DNA of 64,000 nt from Bacilli bacterium. GTDB lineage: Bacteria > Bacillota_I > Bacilli_A > RFN20 > DUOF01. Position 1 is the first letter of the stretch. Every line of letters begins with the position of its first letter. This document shows, in pieces, positions 59,319 to 64,000 of the stretch. The position numbers and the translations under genes were made by a program. The notes under the pieces are model-generated. The model was not told where the DNA came from, searched no databases, and saw only the letters and a program-made list of their open reading frames with translations. The stretch covers positions 96,569 through 160,568 of the forward strand of contig JBGVCT010000016.1 of NCBI GenBank assembly GCA_045118975.1, read 5' to 3'.

Positions 59319-60200
59319 ATGATAGATTTACATATGCATACTATATATTCTGATGGGACAGATGAAGTTAAAGAAATATTAAAAAAAGCTAATGATTTAA
59401 ATATAGAAGTAATTAGTATTACAGATCACAATAGTGTAAAGGCATATTTAGAAATGGAAAATAACCCGAAACTAAGAAGTTTATTTAAAGGAAATATTAT
59501 AAATGGATGCGAATTTACTACTAGTTATAAATCACAATTAATAGAAGTTTTAGGATATGGCATTGATTATAAAATAATTGATAAGTATCTTGAAAAATAT
59601 TACTCAGTTGATGGGATAAATTATTATTCTAATACTATGTATAACAGAATAGTAGATAAACTATTGTCTCTTGGATACACATTTAATTTGCCAAAAGTTA
59701 AAGATAGAAAATTCAATACAGAGTTTTTTAATGGCGAGATATTTAATGAATTAATGAAATATGAGGAAAATATCATCTCTTTAAAAAAGGAACATTTAAC
59801 TACTTTTTCTGCCTTTTTCAGAAAGGGCATAACTAATCCTAAAAGTAAGTTTTTCGTGGATTCAAGCGATTTAAAACCATCATTAAAGGAAATTATTGAT
59901 ATTATACATAAAGCTGGAGGTAAGTCATTTTTAGCACATCCATATCAATATGCTGTAGAGGATATGCATTCGTTTTTAAGTGAATTAACTTCTAATTATA
60001 ATATAGATGGTATTGAATGTTATCACACAACATTTTCTAAAAAGGAATCTGATACTCTAGTTGAGTATGCAAAAAATAATAATTTGTGTATATCTGGAGG
60101 TAGTGATTATCATGGTAGAAATAAAATAAATCATGATTTAGCAAGAGGTAATGGTAATTTAAATATTAGTAAAGATATTTTAAAAGATTGGAAAATATAA
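59319..60200 (+). CDS. PHP domain phosphoesterase (YciV/TrpH-like)
   Basis: DLHMHT.YSDG, ITDHN, GCEF, LAHP, GGSDYHG. Confidence 0.88.
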   Translation: MIDLHMHTIYSDGTDEVKEILKKANDLNIEVISITDHNSVKAYLEMENNPKLRSLFKGNIINGCEFTTSYKSQLIEVLGYGIDYKIIDKYLEKYYSVDGINYYSNTMYNRIVDKLLSLGYTFNLPKVKDRKFNTEFFNGEIFNELMKYEENIISLKKEHLTTFSAFFRKGITNPKSKFFVDSSDLKPSLKEIIDIIHKAGGKSFLAHPYQYAVEDMHSFLSELTSNYNIDGIECYHTTFSKKESDTLVEYAKNNNLCISGGSDYHGRNKINHDLARGNGNLNISKDILKDWKI

Positions 60201-60231
60201 AAACTCTAACACAATGTATTAGAGTTTTTTT
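60199..60231. terminator. Bidirectional intrinsic terminator
   Basis: AAAACTCTAA/TTAGAGTTTT palindrome. Confidence 0.78.
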
Positions 60232-60813
60232 CTATTTTATTAATTCGTTTATTAAATCTACTAATTCAGGAATTTGTTTTATATTATGATATCCATCAAA
60301 GTGATTATAATTCTCAAGATATATTCCTTTTGCTCCAGTATCATTTATGAATCTAGAAAACTTTTCTAAATTATTATCATCTTCATCTGAGTAAAAACAG
60401 TATTTATTAGTAATATTGTTTTTTACATATTCAAATACATCACTAGTTACATATGATTGTTTTTTAACCTCTACAATATAGTCATTTCTATTAGAGGGAT
60501 ATTCATAAACAGCACCCGGAGCAACTGCTATATATGCTTTAGGAATAAAATTTGTTTCTTTAGCGAATCTAGTAAAATAGGCGTTGCCAATTGAATGCGC
60601 TACAACAAGGGTATTGTTATTTAAACTATTATTTTCTAAATATGGTAATAGTATTTCTTTAAATTTTACATATCTAGATTCTGCTCTTATTGGAAAATTA
60701 GGCATTGTAACAGAAATTCCCTTAGCCTCAAATTTTTCTTTGATATCTTTACCCCATATTTCTAGGGTATCTCCATTAAGTGAATGAAGTATAAATATAT
60801 TTGTTTTATTCAT
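60232..60813 (-). CDS. Alpha/beta hydrolase, RBBP9/YdeN family
   Basis: ILHSL.G...W, VVAHSIG nucleophile, SDED, NHF. Confidence 0.82.
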   Translation of the reverse strand: MNKTNIFILHSLNGDTLEIWGKDIKEKFEAKGISVTMPNFPIRAESRYVKFKEILLPYLENNSLNNNTLVVAHSIGNAYFTRFAKETNFIPKAYIAVAPGAVYEYPSNRNDYIVEVKKQSYVTSDVFEYVKNNITNKYCFYSDEDDNNLEKFSRFINDTGAKGIYLENYNHFDGYHNIKQIPELVDLINELIK

Positions 60814-60828
60814 GACTATTATTCTCCC

Positions 60829-62112
60829 TTATAAAATCTTATAGATTTCTTTGTAGTCAGTATTCATCTTAGTAGAGGTGTGAATAGAATTTTTAAATTC
60901 ATTTATAGTGGTATCATTCAAACTTCCATCGCTATATATTGTAAACAATAAATCGCCCTCATTGATGTAATCATTGATCTTTTTGTGAATTGAAAAGCCA
61001 ACATCATAGTTGATTTGTTGCTCTTTATATTTTCTTCCTCCACCTAATTCTACTAGCATATTACCTAAATCAAGAGTATCTATTTTTGTAATATATCCAG
61101 TTTTATTTGAACGTATTTCAGTTATGGTTAAGTTATTATCAATGGTGATTGGTAAAGAACCATGTTGAGCGTTTACCATATCTAGTAATTTTTGATATGC
61201 TTCACCAGACTCTATTTTTCCTTTTATTAATTTATCTAAGTCAGTATCAACTGGATATAAATTAGTTTCTTTTATAAATATTTTACATATTTCAATACAT
61301 ATGTTTTCTAAATCTTTAGGGCCTTTGCCAAGAAGAGTATCAATAGATTCTTGGACTTCTAATTTGTTACCAATATTGTAACCTAGTGGTTCATCCATGC
61401 TAGTGATGATAGCTCTAACTTTAACTCCACAAGATTCACCAATTTTAATCATTAATTTAGAGGCTTTTAGTGCTTCTTTTTTTGTTTTAAAGAATGCTCC
61501 ATTACCAACTTTTACATCAAGGCATATTACATCGCTACCAAGAGCAATCTTTTTAGACATGATAGATGATGCTATTAAAGGAAGTGAATCAACAGTTCCT
61601 GTAACATCTCTTAGAGCGTATAATTTTTTATCTGCTAGAGCGATTTCACTACTTTGAGAGATAATTGCACATCCAACTTCATTTACTTGCTTAACAAAAT
61701 CTTTTTCTTCTACTTCAGTTTGAAATCCTGTAATAGAATCTAGTTTATCAATTGTACCACCAGTGTGTCCTAACCCCTTACCAGACATTTTTGCTACTTT
61801 AAATCCAAGAGAGGCAAGTAATGGCACTAAAACAAGAGAAGTTTTATCTCCAACTCCTCCAGTTGAGTGTTTATCTACTTTAATTCCTTCAATTTGACTT
61901 AAATCAAACATTTTACCACTATTTATGATGGCTTTAGTTAAATTAAATGTTTCTTTTTCACTCATCCCATTTAGTCTTATAGCCATAAGAAGTGAACTAG
62001 CTTGATAGTCTTTTATTGATCCATCGCAATAACCTTTAACAAAGAAATCTATTTCTTTTTTTGTTAACTCTTTTTTTGTTTTCTTTTTATTTATAATTTC
62101 AACGATTGTCAT
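60829..62112 (-). CDS. pdp: Pyrimidine-nucleoside/thymidine phosphorylase
   Basis: DKHSTGGVGDKTS, KMSGKGLGHTGGTIDKL, YALRDVTGTV, SIMSKK. Confidence 0.95.
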   Translation of the reverse strand: MTIVEIINKKKTKKELTKKEIDFFVKGYCDGSIKDYQASSLLMAIRLNGMSEKETFNLTKAIINSGKMFDLSQIEGIKVDKHSTGGVGDKTSLVLVPLLASLGFKVAKMSGKGLGHTGGTIDKLDSITGFQTEVEEKDFVKQVNEVGCAIISQSSEIALADKKLYALRDVTGTVDSLPLIASSIMSKKIALGSDVICLDVKVGNGAFFKTKKEALKASKLMIKIGESCGVKVRAIITSMDEPLGYNIGNKLEVQESIDTLLGKGPKDLENICIEICKIFIKETNLYPVDTDLDKLIKGKIESGEAYQKLLDMVNAQHGSLPITIDNNLTITEIRSNKTGYITKIDTLDLGNMLVELGGGRKYKEQQINYDVGFSIHKKINDYINEGDLLFTIYSDGSLNDTTINEFKNSIHTSTKMNTDYKEIYKIL

Positions 62113-62217
62113 AAACAACACCTCAATTTTATTATAATATAAAATTCAATTATTGATATCTTTAGTTAGTCTTTAATTTATTAAATAAATTGATTATAAT
62201 AGTTCAAGGTGATGTAA

Positions 62218-63534
62218 ATGGAATATTTAGACTATCTAAAAACCATTTTAAATGATGAAGAACTAAATCAACTTGAAGAAGCCTATAACAAGGAAGGTTT
62301 AAATGGTTTAAGGGTTAATTTGCTAAAAGCTAGTGAAGATAAAATTAGCGAATATTTTTCATTTACAAAGAAACATCCTTTTGTAAAAGAGGCATTTATT
62401 TATGATAATAATATAAGACCTGGTAAGGATCCTTTATTTAGTGCAGGAGCTTATTATATTCAAGAGCCAAGTGCTATGATGCCAGCATTTTTACTAGAGA
62501 TAAATGAAAATGATAGAGTTTTAGATTTATGTGCTGCTCCTGGTGGTAAAAGTAGTCAAATACTATCTAAACTTAATAATACAGGTATATTAGTTAGTAA
62601 TGACATTAGTAATAAAAGAGCGATGATATTAAGTGAAAATATTGAAAGAATGGGAGCTAAAAACGCTTATGTTTTGAATGAGGAAATTGACAATATAGAA
62701 AGTAAATTTTATGGCTTTTTTGATAAGGTAGTTTTAGATGCTCCATGTAGTGGTATGGGAATGTTTAGAAAGAACAAGGAAGTAAAAGATGATTGGACAT
62801 TAAATAAGGCTCTTTCTTTATCAGAAACCAATAAGAAATTAATATTGCAAGCTTATAATTGTTTAAAAGAAGGTGGAGTAATGGTTTATTCTACTTGTAC
62901 TTTTACAAAAGAGGAAGATGAGGATGTCATCAGTTATTTGTTGGATAATACTAATGCTAGTATTGTGAAAATATTTAATGATGATAGTTTCTATCCTTCA
63001 AGTGTAGAGGGAGCAATTAGATTATATCCATTTAAGTTTGAAGGAGAAGGGCATTTTATTTGTCTTATAAAGTGTAATGATATTCATGACTCTAGAATAA
63101 AAAAAGGCAATAAGTATGCTACTAATAGAGAAATTAATTTATATAGAGAATTCGAAAAAGAAAATTTAAATATTAAATTAGAGGGATATTTTATCAAAAT
63201 GGGTGATGATTTACATTACTTGAAAGAAGACTATTTTTCTTTGGATAGACTTAGGGTTATAAGAAATGGGGTCCATTTAGGTACTATAAAGAAAGATAGA
63301 TTTGAACCTAATCATGCGTTTGCCATGTCACTAAAAAAAGAAGAGGTAAAAAGATATGTTAGTTATGATCATTTAAGCAATGAAGCAGACGATTATTTAA
63401 AAGGAATGACTCTAGAAACAAAAAATAATAAAGGATATGTACTTGTTTGTATAAATGATATTAGTGTTGGCTGGGGTAAGGATGATGGTAGAATTATTAA
63501 GAATTTATATCCTAAAGGATTAAGAGTGAATTAA
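62218..63534 (+). CDS. rsmF: RsmF-type m5C rRNA methyltransferase
   Basis: YYIQEPSAM, DLCAAPGGKS, DAPCSGMGMFRK, YSTCTF..EE.E, C-terminal PUA-like domains. Confidence 0.9.
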   Translation: MEYLDYLKTILNDEELNQLEEAYNKEGLNGLRVNLLKASEDKISEYFSFTKKHPFVKEAFIYDNNIRPGKDPLFSAGAYYIQEPSAMMPAFLLEINENDRVLDLCAAPGGKSSQILSKLNNTGILVSNDISNKRAMILSENIERMGAKNAYVLNEEIDNIESKFYGFFDKVVLDAPCSGMGMFRKNKEVKDDWTLNKALSLSETNKKLILQAYNCLKEGGVMVYSTCTFTKEEDEDVISYLLDNTNASIVKIFNDDSFYPSSVEGAIRLYPFKFEGEGHFICLIKCNDIHDSRIKKGNKYATNREINLYREFEKENLNIKLEGYFIKMGDDLHYLKEDYFSLDRLRVIRNGVHLGTIKKDRFEPNHAFAMSLKKEEVKRYVSYDHLSNEADDYLKGMTLETKNNKGYVLVCINDISVGWGKDDGRIIKNLYPKGLRVN

Positions 63535-63544
63535 GGAGGTAATT

Positions 63545-64000
63545 ATGAAGGCTGTTGGTATAGTAGTTGAATATAATCCATTTACTAATGGACATAAATA
63601 TCACTTAGAAAAAACTAAGGAATTAACTAAGGATGATGTAGTAGTGGGGGTTATGTCTTCGTTTTTTGTGCAAAGAGGAGAACCTAGTATAGTTTCTAAA
63701 GAAGAAAGAGTAAAAATGGCTTTAGATATGGGCGTGGATTTGCTTGTGGAATTACCTACAATATATTGTGTTGAATCTAGTGATTTCTTTTGTAAGTATT
63801 CTTTGAGTATTTTAAATAAATTAAAGGTGAATTCAATTTGCTTTGGTAGTGAAACAGGTGATACAAAAGACTTTTTAGATAAGTATAGTGAGACTCAAAT
63901 AGTTCAACCACATTTAGATTTTTTAGTATCTGATTTAATGGATGAGGGAATGAGTTATCCTTGTGCGATGTCTAAAGCGTTAGAAATAATGGACTCTTTT
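63545..64000 (+). CDS. tmcAL: tRNA(Met) cytidine acetate ligase TmcAL/YlbM (truncated by window end)
   Basis: GIVVEYNPFTNGH..HL, MSSFFVQRGEP, VELP, FGSETGD. Confidence 0.88.
   Translation, partial: MKAVGIVVEYNPFTNGHKYHLEKTKELTKDDVVVGVMSSFFVQRGEPSIVSKEERVKMALDMGVDLLVELPTIYCVESSDFFCKYSLSILNKLKVNSICFGSETGDTKDFLDKYSETQIVQPHLDFLVSDLMDEGMSYPCAMSKALEIMDSF

Noticed and set aside
1-64000. CRISPR array, IS/transposase, integrase, prophage or rRNA
   Set aside because: By eye I found no regularly spaced DNA repeats, no recombinase or DDE motifs, no phage structural genes and no rRNA-like sequence; a tool scan could still find degenerate elements

Overview
A 64-kb chromosomal stretch from a very AT-rich, reduced-genome Firmicute/Bacilli-type anaerobe. 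It uses translation table 11 (TGA ends several ORFs; tRNA-Trp has a CCA anticodon), and a gut RF39/RFN20/Erysipelotrichales-like lineage is my inference. Most genes lie on the purine-rich + strand, consistent with the leading strand. The housekeeping backbone comprises T-box-aspS (short archaeal-type AspRS), gpsA, acpP, dfx, L21 leader-rplU-prp-rpmA, obgE, T-box-ileS-lspA-rluD, pepS, the attenuated rimP-nusA-ylxR-ylxQ-infB-rbfA operon, pepV, alr, pdp, rsmF, a truncated tmcAL, tRNA-Arg(UCG) and tRNA-Trp(CCA). Many stand-alone genes of unknown function sit between them, often with their own sigma-A promoter and terminator. I saw no CRISPR array, integrase, transposase, rRNA or prophage. The strongest leads are: (1) a 1740-aa secreted protein built from four divergent ~230-250-aa two-domain repeats, downstream of an orphan CpaE-like ATPase and an unannotated 31-aa membrane peptide; (2) an XRE-HTH/NadR-like P-loop/CYTH fusion with an 8-bp-arm inverted repeat at its promoter, beside a membrane-anchored SF2 helicase; (3) two paralogous ORFans 32 kb apart (38/132 identities, ungapped); (4) a 974-aa ORFan with ADP-ribosyltransferase-like STS/YNE motifs; (5) a SafA-like LysM mini-protein with a sigma-E-like promoter. 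All family assignments are by motif recognition; no database searches were run.
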